Below are positions 55,756 through 64,000 of a stretch of 64,000 nt of DNA, in pieces. This DNA is from an uncultured delta proteobacterium (GTDB lineage Bacteria; Desulfobacterota; RBG-13-43-22): NCBI GenBank assembly GCA_963790475.1, contig CAWBOS010000013.1, positions 449,730 through 513,729 of the forward strand. Direction: 5' to 3'. Under the pieces are notes generated by a model. It saw only the letters and a program-made list of their open reading frames with translations, ran no database searches and was not told where the DNA came from. Made by a program: the position numbers and the translations under genes. Numbering within the stretch: the first letter of the stretch is position 1; each line of letters starts with the position of its first letter.

Positions 55756-56388
55756 TCAATCCTCCTCGGAATACTGCGGTGGACTTGCTCCAACTCTTTT
55801 GGTCACTCTGGGATACTCCCCTTTGGGAATTTCCTCCTTGATGGAGATCACATTGATCTGATGCCACCAATCATCTCCAAAGTCGAACCAGTAGCCAAAG
55901 GCCTCATCCACTTTCAATCCTAAAGAGCCTATAGTCGTCTTTTCCACATCTCCCGCCGGCTCTGGCTCACCAAAATCATCCTCCCTCTCCACAGGTAACC
56001 CATAGCGCTTGGCTTCAGGATCTTGAGGACCATTGCCTCCTATCTGAAATTCATACATGTGCTCGTCCTCTCGATCAAAAGCGTCGAAAATCGTCTCATG
56101 GAGCTCTGATAGTGTTTGATCTCCTCGCATCTGTATAGTCCGAGAGATTGTCGGTTTTTTCTTAAGCAATTTCCGAGTCACAGGTCCACCGACGAGGAAC
56201 ACCTCCAAGGTATAGAGGCCTTTTTCTTGCCCCAGAAGTCTCTTTTCATTCTTCTTGGGTTCGGCTTGTAAAGGAGTGGTTTCTGTTTTCTTTGCAGATT
56301 TAGCCGGCTTTTTTGCGGGACTTTCCGCCTTTTTCATAGATTTCTGAGTCTTTTTTTGTGGTTTGGTTTCGGATTTGCTTTTCATCAT
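55756..56388 (-). CDS. plasmid pRiA4b ORF-3 family protein
   Basis: TLSELHETIFDAFDREDEHMYEF, YWFDFGDDWWH, PPQY. Confidence 0.88.
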   Translation of the reverse strand: MMKSKSETKPQKKTQKSMKKAESPAKKPAKSAKKTETTPLQAEPKKNEKRLLGQEKGLYTLEVFLVGGPVTRKLLKKKPTISRTIQMRGDQTLSELHETIFDAFDREDEHMYEFQIGGNGPQDPEAKRYGLPVEREDDFGEPEPAGDVEKTTIGSLGLKVDEAFGYWFDFGDDWWHQINVISIKEEIPKGEYPRVTKRVGASPPQYSEED

Positions 56389-56507
56389 AAACCCCCCTCA
56401 TTCCTACACATTCTTTTTAATTTTTTTACTCCCCAATTATAGAATATGGATTAAACCGATCATCCCAAGATTGTCGAATTATAAATCGACAATACTTTAT
56501 TACAATT

Positions 56508-56584
56508 GCCTAACCCCATTTCCGCAGCTTGAGAGGTGCGAATGTAGCGAATCGGAATGATCCTTCTCAAAGCTGATGTTAGAA
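56508..56584 (-). other. attC site
   Basis: TTCTAAC...GTTAGGC on minus; imperfect palindrome CAGCTTTGAGAAGG/CCTCTCAAGCTG; 3 bp after FRG stop. Confidence 0.75.
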
Positions 56585-56587
56585 AAT

Positions 56588-57412
56588 TCAAATGGTATAC
56601 CTCTCTCTCAATTCCAACCCTAGCCCCTCCAAATCAGGGAAAATCGCTTGACGGCTGATACCAAAACAACGTAATTCTCTCAACACTTCTTGCCTTATAC
56701 CTTTAAAGACGAACTTCCGAATAAAACAAGATTCTCTCTCGGAATGGCCCTCGCAACACTTATCGATAGGGTCTCGCCTTGATCCATGAAGAGTAAACAC
56801 AGAACGTTGAGCGACAATTCTGGGGTCTATTGTTGGTGGAAACATAGCAACAGGATTACAAATATCGGCGGTCCTCCTTTCAGAATCTGTAAACGTTTTT
56901 TTACTAGGATCGAAATTGAGTGGGTGATAAGTATTGACCCAATAATTCAACTTGGGATCGATCGAATCGGGATTGACGACGATATGGGGACCTGGTTGGG
57001 GAGCGTTCCTTTCGTTGAATAAAAGAGGATTGAACATCCATACGCAAGGTTCCCCATTTTTTGTTTGGTCAATTAGAGCAAAGTAAAGAGCCACAAATGC
57101 ATTTTCAGTCCAATCAAGAAGCCTTGTCGGTATTCGGTAATGCTGCATCAAGAAAAATAGTTCCCAACTATTCACATCCCGGCTTAGAAATCCCCTTGCC
57201 CTTTGCTGGAATTCAATAAAAGTCGAGTCTTCCCCATATAGTTTTTTATAAGAAGCGCGGTACTGTCCTGGTATGAGATCATAGGTTGTGTTGCTACCGC
57301 GAAACCAACACATCGGATATCCCTTTGACGTCCAATTTGCCCTAATATCACAAATTAGACTTACCAGATCAGTAAGTTGTGAAAAATCTTGATCAATATT
57401 GTTATGGTTCAT
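56588..57412 (-). CDS. FRG domain protein
   Basis: WFRG, MQHYRIPTRLLDWT..FVALYFA, RIVAQRSVFT, IFPDLEG. Confidence 0.92.
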   Translation of the reverse strand: MNHNNIDQDFSQLTDLVSLICDIRANWTSKGYPMCWFRGSNTTYDLIPGQYRASYKKLYGEDSTFIEFQQRARGFLSRDVNSWELFFLMQHYRIPTRLLDWTENAFVALYFALIDQTKNGEPCVWMFNPLLFNERNAPQPGPHIVVNPDSIDPKLNYWVNTYHPLNFDPSKKTFTDSERRTADICNPVAMFPPTIDPRIVAQRSVFTLHGSRRDPIDKCCEGHSERESCFIRKFVFKGIRQEVLRELRCFGISRQAIFPDLEGLGLELRERYTI

Positions 57413-57423
57413 TTATTCTTGCT

Positions 57424-57486
57424 TTCTAACATGAAGTTCCCCGGGAGCCCGATTTCCGGGCGATCCATTAGAACTACTCGTTGGGT
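57424..57486 (-). other. attC site
   Basis: ACCCAAC...GTTAGAA on minus; central GCCCGGAAATCGGGC palindrome. Confidence 0.7.
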
Positions 57487-57577
57487 GTAGGCTTGCTCGT
57501 TCTATCACTTCTTTCTTGCCAGAATCAATCCAAACAATACAGAAATGACAAACCCGATGATAATTTCGATGGCGAGG

Positions 57578-57895
57578 TCAGCCAAAGCGAGAGATCGCTG
57601 CAGCGGGACAATGCCCACCATGCTTTTCTAGTTCTTCGTCTGAATAGTTCTTCAGACGCCCTTGAAGTCCGGAGCTTGTCTGTGGAGTCTCCTTAGTATC
57701 CGTATTCTTTGGAAAGTGCATCAATTGAAACTTCTGAATTGATGGCCCAAAAAACATTGCGTGTTTTTTGATCGGGAGTTGGTCTCTCACAGAGCGGTCG
57801 ATACTTGTGTTGTAACTATTCCAATAAAACGGTGGATACGACAGAACTGCGACGAGAAGGACAAGAAATATTATTGTTGCAAGTTTCATATTCAT
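57578..57895 (-). CDS. hypothetical membrane-anchored cassette protein (3' end possibly frameshifted)
   Basis: Starts just after a GTTAGGT core; N-terminal hydrophobic helix. Confidence 0.45.
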   Translation of the reverse strand: MNMKLATIIFLVLLVAVLSYPPFYWNSYNTSIDRSVRDQLPIKKHAMFFGPSIQKFQLMHFPKNTDTKETPQTSSGLQGRLKNYSDEELEKHGGHCPAAAISRFG

Positions 57896-57919
57896 CTCTT
57901 TATCACCTAACATTATTTT

Positions 57920-58327
57920 TTATACTGATGCAGTATCTCCCTTATTTTTCCCAAACAATATTCCTATAAGCGAAAAAATAAGTATGGGAACTGCCCAAAC
58001 AGTAAAAGAATAGAGAGGCAGGAATAAAAATATTAATTTGTTTTTTACTTTATTTTGTGATTCGATTGTTACTCCTTTTGCCTTCTTTATTTTTTCAACA
58101 AACTCCTTTTTTGTTAGCACGGTTGGGTAGCCGTCCTTGTCTCTTCCAAAAAGGCCTTCTGCAATCAATGTAATTTTATCTGATATTTTTTCGGGATTTT
58201 TCAATGGAAATGATATAAAATAGTCTTCTTGAATAAATTCTTCCTTCATTATTTGATATGAAATTATAATAATTGAAATGGTGACTATTGACCAGCCAAC
58301 GATAAGATACTTAATCAACGTTTTCAT
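57920..58327 (-). CDS. hypothetical two-TM protein, AT-rich
   Basis: 135-aa ORF with terminal TM helices and RBS. Confidence 0.6.
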   Translation of the reverse strand: MKTLIKYLIVGWSIVTISIIIISYQIMKEEFIQEDYFISFPLKNPEKISDKITLIAEGLFGRDKDGYPTVLTKKEFVEKIKKAKGVTIESQNKVKNKLIFLFLPLYSFTVWAVPILIFSLIGILFGKNKGDTASV

Positions 58328-58429
58328 TTGCCCCCCGAAGCCACAAAGATTAAAATGCTTATCTGTTTAATACAAGAATTATAAAAAACCCCACTTTCCG
58401 TAGAACTTTTGAACGGCGTACGTTTCTGG

Positions 58430-58497
58430 TTCAGCAAATCGGAGCCAGTGTTTCCAGATTCATCGAAGGCAACAACAGGAGAATCGATCATTGTCAT
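58430..58497 (-). pseudogene. 5' remnant of a DUF3800-like gene
   Basis: VVAFDESGNTGSDLL right after attI-like copy C, then truncated. Confidence 0.55.
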
Positions 58498-58503
58498 TGT
58501 GTA

Positions 58504-58612
58504 GCCCAACAAATTATTCTTAAGTTTCTGCCTAAATCCACAACCCAATGGGTTCCTTCAGGTCTTTATAAAAAGAAATTTCACTCTGTCTGCCCCGCCC
58601 GGGTTTCCCGAA
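58504..58612 (-). other. attI-like site copy C (long form)
   Basis: TTAGGCAGAAACTTAAGAATAATTT-GTTGGGC. Confidence 0.55.
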
Positions 58613-58746
58613 ATCTCATATCTTGTAAAAAAATCGGGGTCAGATTTTTCTCCTTGACTTTCGGATGGCTCACACTCCTCATAGAAACATCTTTTTTTCT
58701 TAGAAAAACGGCATACATTATCAAGAATAATGATTTGAAACGCCCC

Positions 58747-59553
58747 CTACAAGACATTCGGGGTCATCTCGCTCAGAAGTGAAATAAAGTTATCAGGATC
58801 GCCCTTTTTTTGTCCCATGATTCCATCAAAAGTACCCGATGCCTGTGCTTGGAGATACCACTTGGGCAAATATTTCAACATAAAAGCTTGGTGGGTATTT
58901 CGCTGATGAAGGACAATCTCGCGGAAAGCCCATCGATGTGGAGTTCCAGACTTCGTCTTCCGGAGATGATAGTAGTGCCTAAGCTCATAGGCCAGAAGGT
59001 CTGCTGCCTGTAGTGCTGGAACATCGCGCATGTTGCGAAAAACGAGCGAACCTATTCGAGTCCTAACGTCGCTATCTTGGCGCATCGCATTCCAGAGTTT
59101 CATCGCCTTAGGACGGAATTCGTCTTGTTGGCTGAATATCAAATTTGCCAGGTAGCCCTCAGGTTCGAAGCTAGCGTTAAGGGCAACACCCCGGACGACT
59201 TCCTGAAAACAAGAGAAGAATGGATCTTGCAGTCTCGATTGGCCGTTGTGATCCAGGGTCTTAAAATCCTCTACTGACATCGCAGCTCCCACGGCAATGG
59301 CATGGATAGAATTGATCGCAGCCACGCACTGGCCGAGTAAAGAATGGCGTTTCTTTTCAGTCCATCCTTCAAACGGTCCACGAAAGTGTGCAAATTCGCG
59401 CATATGTAAGTACGGTGCTCCATTTTGTTTAAGTGCGCTTTGCCATTGTTTATCGAACCGTGTCCATTCCAAGTCATCTGAGACGAATGCCGCCAATGCA
59501 AAGAAGTCAGTCCCTGAAGAATGGCCGCTTTCGTCGAAATATCCAATCAACAC
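58747..59553 (-). CDS. DUF3800 family protein
   Basis: YFDESG, LHMRE, LQAADLLAY. Confidence 0.85.
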   Translation of the reverse strand: MLIGYFDESGHSSGTDFFALAAFVSDDLEWTRFDKQWQSALKQNGAPYLHMREFAHFRGPFEGWTEKKRHSLLGQCVAAINSIHAIAVGAAMSVEDFKTLDHNGQSRLQDPFFSCFQEVVRGVALNASFEPEGYLANLIFSQQDEFRPKAMKLWNAMRQDSDVRTRIGSLVFRNMRDVPALQAADLLAYELRHYYHLRKTKSGTPHRWAFREIVLHQRNTHQAFMLKYLPKWYLQAQASGTFDGIMGQKKGDPDNFISLLSEMTPNVL

Positions 59554-59584
59554 AATGGTACCTCAGCAATGCTCATATTGCGCC

Positions 59585-59654
59585 GCACAACATTCCGCAT
59601 AAGCGGCATTATGCCCTTGGGGCAGACTGTCCCGACTTGATACCGTTGTTATGC
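59585..59654 (-). other. attC site
   Basis: GCATAAC...GTTGTGC on minus; GCATAAC is the exact complement of cassette start GTTATGC at 60714-60720. Confidence 0.72.
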
Positions 59655-59698
59655 GGATGCGATGCGGGTTCACAGCACGAGTTCATCCAGATTGCCCA

Positions 59699-60688
59699 CT
59701 ACGTCCTGAAATGTCTTCTGCAGTAGTCCGTAATCTCCGGTCCCTGCAAGGCCTTGGACGCAGGTCCTACCCGTATGCAAAGCTCAGGGTGGACTGGCCC
59801 GCTCTTTGGGTATAGCCATACTTCACGGTCTGTGGGTGCACATTCAACAACGCACACGCTCCGTCCAGAGTATCTTAGGATTCGGTGCTTCACATTTCCC
59901 AGAGGAGCTGGTTTGAGCTGGTCGCGGACTATGCTACCCAAATGCAACAAGAACCTGTCTTCATTCGCGAATCCGTCCTATTCGATTCCAAGTATGTTGC
60001 CGTTATCTTGAACGCCGATAAGAAGTACTCCCCCCTCAGTATTGCAGAAGGCCGCAATGGTCTTTAATACCGAATCCTCGATTCTACTGTCGTTCTCCCT
60101 AGTTCGAAGGTTTCTGCGTAGAGTAGACTTGAATTCTTGTTTGACGCTTTCGCCACGCGCTATTAGACCAAGTAATTCATTCCCGACTAGACTGAGCTGT
60201 GTTTCGGCGAGTTTCTGAATTTCGTTTGGTTCAAGTAAGGGAACTCTTATCTCCTGAAGATCTGGGATTCTTAACCTCGAAATGTGAAGGCCCATTGTTT
60301 TCCGCGCCGCCTCCTGAAGGAAACGTTCACGCCCCGGTGACGTGTTCAGATAGTCACGTAGAAAGGTGTCTTCTCGTGGCCTAATTACGGCGAGACTGTC
60401 TCCCGCAACTACCCGGGGATCTGACTGCTTAAAGATATATAGCTTCCGCTCGTCGAACAGGGTAGATACGAGGATGTCCCCCTCGCGCAGAACGGATCGC
60501 CGGAAGCTAGGCCGAGTGGACTCTGATACGAAATCGTCATGGTCGAACAGCCGAAGCTCGAGACCCGAGAGATTCCGTCCGGTTAGCAATCTATACAGAC
60601 CCTGCCTGCTTCTTTCCGAGGGTCTTGTACAGTAACCTGGGTAGACATCCGCCAAGCTCTTGATTGAAGCGAGTTTCCTTCTGGTCAT
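59699..60688 (-). pseudogene. restriction TRD-like + Schlafen/AlbA_2 domain protein with in-frame TAG at 59978-59980
   Basis: LREGDILVS..IRVP; EFKSTLR, IAAFCNTEGG.LLIGV; frame continues to IRVGPASKAL. Confidence 0.75.
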
Positions 60689-60713
60689 GTGACCCTCCGG
60701 TGGCTACTGGTAC

Positions 60714-60770
60714 GCATAACAAGCTATTCTAAAGTTTCTGCCTAATCCCAAAACTCAAGTGGTTCCTTTA
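60714..60770 (-). other. attI-like site copy D
   Basis: TTAGGCAGAAACTTTAGAATAGCTT-GTTATGC. Confidence 0.6.
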
Positions 60771-60802
60771 CTATAGGCATTGAGTCCGACCCCCCCTTCA
60801 AT

Positions 60803-61558
60803 TCATGATAGTATCCGCACTATCTCGGCAAGTAAGGCATCTATCTCGGCCGCGAAGTTCACTTGCTGCGGCTCTGGTAGCGTCTCCTTTGCACGAATCG
60901 GTCCATGCAAATATCCGTCAGCAATCTTGCGAGCAGGCTTGTCCAACCGATCCATGGTTTCCTTGAAAGAGCGTACGCCCTTGTAATTATTTGCCACTTG
61001 AGAGAAGGTTAACACTTTGAATATGGGTGGCACGTGGTCGAGGATTGCTCGCGTCAACATGGCAGTGGCCAGAAGGGCACCTCCGGTGTAAGCAATGTTG
61101 ATTTCCTCGCATAAGCGTATGAGCTTGCGAAGGTCGAAGGGAGCAGGGGCGAGCGCTCGCAGTTGAGCAATGCGTGTCTCCGAGACGAACTTGTGAACAC
61201 CCAAGGCAACCGGTTGGATAGGCGAGTACTCGATTCGAACTTCCGGTGGTCGGATACCAGGCGTCTTCTGACGATCTGGTCGAAACTGCCGTTCGATTGG
61301 CAGAAGCTGTGCCTCAATAAATTGGCTTCTTTCGACATACTTCGAAAAGATGCGCTGGATATAGTTCCAGAAGTCCCGGGTGTTCCGGCATTCGATCACA
61401 AAGTCCGGAAGCAGCTCCATGACCTCCTCATCAGTGACCAAATCGTCGCGAAGAGTGCGGTACTCCTCCGCTGCCGAGACTCTCGGCCCTTTCTCGGCGA
61501 TCATAGTCAAAATATCCCGAAACCTAGCTATTTTTTCTGCGCGCTCTGCGTTCTTCAT
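60803..61558 (-). CDS. hypothetical protein, abortive-infection-like N-terminus and HEPN-like C-terminus
   Basis: LPDFV.ECR...FWNYI..F.KY.ER; AMLTRAILDH and RKIAD.YLH. Confidence 0.6.
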   Translation of the reverse strand: MKNAERAEKIARFRDILTMIAEKGPRVSAAEEYRTLRDDLVTDEEVMELLPDFVIECRNTRDFWNYIQRIFSKYVERSQFIEAQLLPIERQFRPDRQKTPGIRPPEVRIEYSPIQPVALGVHKFVSETRIAQLRALAPAPFDLRKLIRLCEEINIAYTGGALLATAMLTRAILDHVPPIFKVLTFSQVANNYKGVRSFKETMDRLDKPARKIADGYLHGPIRAKETLPEPQQVNFAAEIDALLAEIVRILS

Positions 61559-61567
61559 AGTTTGTTG

Positions 61568-61631
61568 GTCCAACGCCTGAATTCACGGACGAACACTCGT
61601 CCGCCCCGTTCGCTCATTTATGCCGTTCTGC
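61568..61631 (-). other. degenerate attC site
   Basis: GCAGAAC...GTTGGAC on minus with imperfect arm pairing. Confidence 0.5.
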
Positions 61632-61749
61632 TTTGACTCCTGTCTGATGCTGGCCACCATGTACTTTTCTGAGGTTCTGCAGCCGTCATGTGTCAACATT
61701 TCAAGAGCGTCCCCGTATACGCTGGATCTCCTAACGCACAAGTCCCTTT

Positions 61750-62124
61750 TTAGACAGGTATTTCTAGAAGAATCTTGGAATAATCTACATGAGGAACGAT
61801 TCGTTTTTTTTCCTTTTCAATTTTTTCCAGGGTAACCAGCCCTACCTCGGCCAGAAGTTTAATGTCCTGGCTGATATTCTTTTGATCTCTGTTGAGAAGT
61901 TTTGCCAGTTCATAAACCGAGCCCGGTTCTTTTTCCTTGATGGTCTTGAGGATCAGGAGTCTTTTATTGGTTAAAGCGGCCCTCATGGCGTCAACCGATT
62001 CAAAATATATTCCTTCCTCTTTTTTAACCTTTTTCCCAGCCTCCAACTTCTTCCAGGTAGCAGCGAAGTCATTCAGGCTTTCTTTGAGACCTTTGATTCC
62101 GATATCAATCTTTTTTATTTTCAT
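61750..62124 (-). CDS. HVO_A0114-like HTH protein (putative antitoxin), copy 1
   Basis: LTNKRLLIL, PGSVYELAKLLNRD.KNI..D. Confidence 0.8.
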   Translation of the reverse strand: MKIKKIDIGIKGLKESLNDFAATWKKLEAGKKVKKEEGIYFESVDAMRAALTNKRLLILKTIKEKEPGSVYELAKLLNRDQKNISQDIKLLAEVGLVTLEKIEKEKKRIVPHVDYSKILLEIPV

Positions 62125-62255
62125 TTTGGAATTCCTTCAATTTTTCAATATCGTCAGATCATTATCCTTGAATGCCGGCTGGATCAATCTCTTCATAGAA
62201 ACACACTGCTCACCGGTGTGGCGATTTAGTTGGCCACCCCCGGTATGGCTATTGG

Positions 62256-62540
62256 CTAAGCCTTCTTTCTCTCTATGAGATATCCGGATACATACTTATG
62301 AATGATGCTGGATACCAGGGTCTGATAAGGAATACCCTCTTGGGCCGCGAGGACCTGCACCTGATCCAGGTCCTTGGACGACATGCGGATATTTATTCTT
62401 TTATCTTTTTGCAAGGTATTCCTGGCGTACTTTCGAATCTTCATTCTTTCATCTTGCGGGTTCTTGCCCGGTATCCATTCTCCAGGCTCAGAGGGTTCAA
62501 TAATATCCCTTTCCTCGTCATCCAAAATCAACTTTTTCAT
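62256..62540 (-). CDS. CopG/BrnA-like RHH antitoxin, copy 1
   Basis: KDKRINIRMS, EGIPYQTLVSSIIHKY. Confidence 0.85.
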   Translation of the reverse strand: MKKLILDDEERDIIEPSEPGEWIPGKNPQDERMKIRKYARNTLQKDKRINIRMSSKDLDQVQVLAAQEGIPYQTLVSSIIHKYVSGYLIERKKA

Positions 62541-62683
62541 TTCCTTGCCCTCTCATACTTATTGGTAGCTTTTCTACTGTGCGAATTCCGGGGATATTGT
62601 TCTAATTTTTCAATGCCCTTAAAATAATTTAGTAACAAACCTTACAATGATCTTCTTAAAATCCAAGCCCAGAATTGCCCTCA

Positions 62684-63058
62684 TTAGACTGGTATTTCCA
62701 AAAGAATCTTGGAATAATCCACATGAGGGACGATCCGTTTTTTTTCCTTTTCAATTTTTTCCAGGGTAACCAGCCCCACCTCGGCCAGAAGTTTAATGTC
62801 CTGGCTGATATTCTTTTGATCTCTGTTGAGAAGTTTTGCCAGTTCATAAACCGAGCCCGGTTCTTTTTCCTTGATGGTCTTGAGGATCAGGAGTCTTTTA
62901 TTGGTTAAAGCGGCCCTCATGGCGTCAACCGATTCAAAATATATTCCTTCCTCTTTTTTAACCTTTTTCCCAGCCTCCAACTTCTTCCAGGTAGCAGCGA
63001 AGTCATTCAGGCTTTCTTTGAGACCTTTGATTCCGATATCAATCTTTTTTATTTTCAT
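62684..63058 (-). CDS. HVO_A0114-like HTH protein, copy 2 (hybrid allele)
   Basis: Protein identical to copy 1. Confidence 0.8.
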   Translation of the reverse strand: MKIKKIDIGIKGLKESLNDFAATWKKLEAGKKVKKEEGIYFESVDAMRAALTNKRLLILKTIKEKEPGSVYELAKLLNRDQKNISQDIKLLAEVGLVTLEKIEKEKKRIVPHVDYSKILLEIPV

Positions 63059-63189
63059 TTTGGAATTCCTTCAATTTTTCAATATCGTCAGATCATTATC
63101 CTTGAATGCCGGCTGGATCAATCTCTTCATAGAAACACACTGCTCACCGGTGTGGCGATTTAGTTGGCCACCCCCGGTATGGCTATTGG

Positions 63190-63474
63190 CTAAGCCTTCT
63201 TTCTCTCTATGAGATATCCGGATACATACTTATGAATGATGCTGGATACCAGGGTCTGATAAGGAATACCCTCTTGGGCCGCGAGGACCTGCACCTGATC
63301 CAGGTCCTTGGACGACATGCGGATATTTATTCTTTTATCTTTTTGCAAGGTATTCCTGGCGTACTTTCGAATCTTCATTCTTTCATCTTGCGGGTTCTTG
63401 CCCGGTATCCATTCTCCAGGCTCAGAGGGTTCAATAATATCCCTTTCCTCGTCATCCAAAATCAACTTTTTCAT
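63190..63474 (-). CDS. CopG/BrnA-like RHH antitoxin, copy 2
   Basis: Protein identical to 62256-62540. Confidence 0.85.
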   Translation of the reverse strand: MKKLILDDEERDIIEPSEPGEWIPGKNPQDERMKIRKYARNTLQKDKRINIRMSSKDLDQVQVLAAQEGIPYQTLVSSIIHKYVSGYLIERKKA

Positions 63475-63617
63475 TTCCTTGCCCTCTCATACTTATTGGT
63501 AGCTTTTCTACTGTGCGAATTCCGGGGATATTGTTCTAATTTTTCAATGCCCTTAAAATAATTTAGTAACAAACCTTACAATGATCTTCTTAAAATCCAA
63601 GCCCAGAATTGCCCTCA

Positions 63618-63992
63618 TTAGACTGGTATTTCCAAAAGAATCTTGGAATAATCCACATGAGGGACGATCCGTTTTTTTTCCTTTTCAATTTTTTCCAGGG
63701 TAACCAGCCCCACCTCGGCCAGAAGTTTAATGTCCTGGCTGATATTCTTTTGATCTCTGTTGAGAAGTTTTGCCAGTTCATAAACCGAGCCCGGTTCTTT
63801 TTCCTTGATGGTCTTGAGGATCAGAAGTCTTTTATTGGTTAAAACGGCCCTCATGGCGTCAACCGATTCAAAATATATTCCTTCCTCTTTTTTAACCTTT
63901 TTCCCCGCCTCCAACTTCTTCCAGGTAGCGGCGAAGTCATTCAGGCTTTCTTTGAGACCTTTGATTCCGATATCAATCTTTTTTATTTTCAT
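63618..63992 (-). CDS. HVO_A0114-like HTH protein, copy 3
   Basis: One A-to-V difference from copies 1 and 2. Confidence 0.8.
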   Translation of the reverse strand: MKIKKIDIGIKGLKESLNDFAATWKKLEAGKKVKKEEGIYFESVDAMRAVLTNKRLLILKTIKEKEPGSVYELAKLLNRDQKNISQDIKLLAEVGLVTLEKIEKEKKRIVPHVDYSKILLEIPV

Positions 63993-64000
63993 TTTGGAAT

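Larger units (their letters stand above)
61750..64000. repeat. 934-bp tandem direct repeat, about 2.4 copies to the window edge
   Basis: Same ORFs recur at +934 and +1868. Confidence 0.95.

Overview
64 kb of a bacterial chromosome, most likely a Desulfobacterota/deltaproteobacterial anaerobe (inferred from gene content: 2-oxoacid:ferredoxin oxidoreductase, CysK-CysRS fusion, FmdE, DUF3786). Frameshifts in essential genes (dnaE, glmS) suggest an imperfectly polished long-read assembly. Positions 1-53 kb are mostly housekeeping and metabolic genes (hpt, fabD, vor-type operon, ppx, guaB, guaA, dnaE, rimO, cysE-cysK, kdnA-like, glmS, cysK-cysS) with several toxin-antitoxin pairs and many intergenic repeats. 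Positions 53-64 kb are accessory. Highlights read from the sequence: (1) a four-helix-bundle gene between guaB and guaA bracketed by 25-bp heptamer-built inverted termini, with an identical empty copy elsewhere and other inverted 7-mer arrays, suggesting an undescribed mobile unit; (2) two complete IS110-family elements, each inserted in a different palindromic repeat, with AG core, circle-junction promoter, RBS-occluding hairpin and 3' bridge-RNA-like guide loops; (3) an integrase-less integron-like cassette region with attC sites and four copies of an attI-like repeat, carrying ddl, lspA, BrnTA and defence-like genes; (4) a 934-bp tandem amplification of orphan antitoxins whose middle copy is a recombinant hybrid. 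Protein family calls come from motif recognition; no database searches were run.
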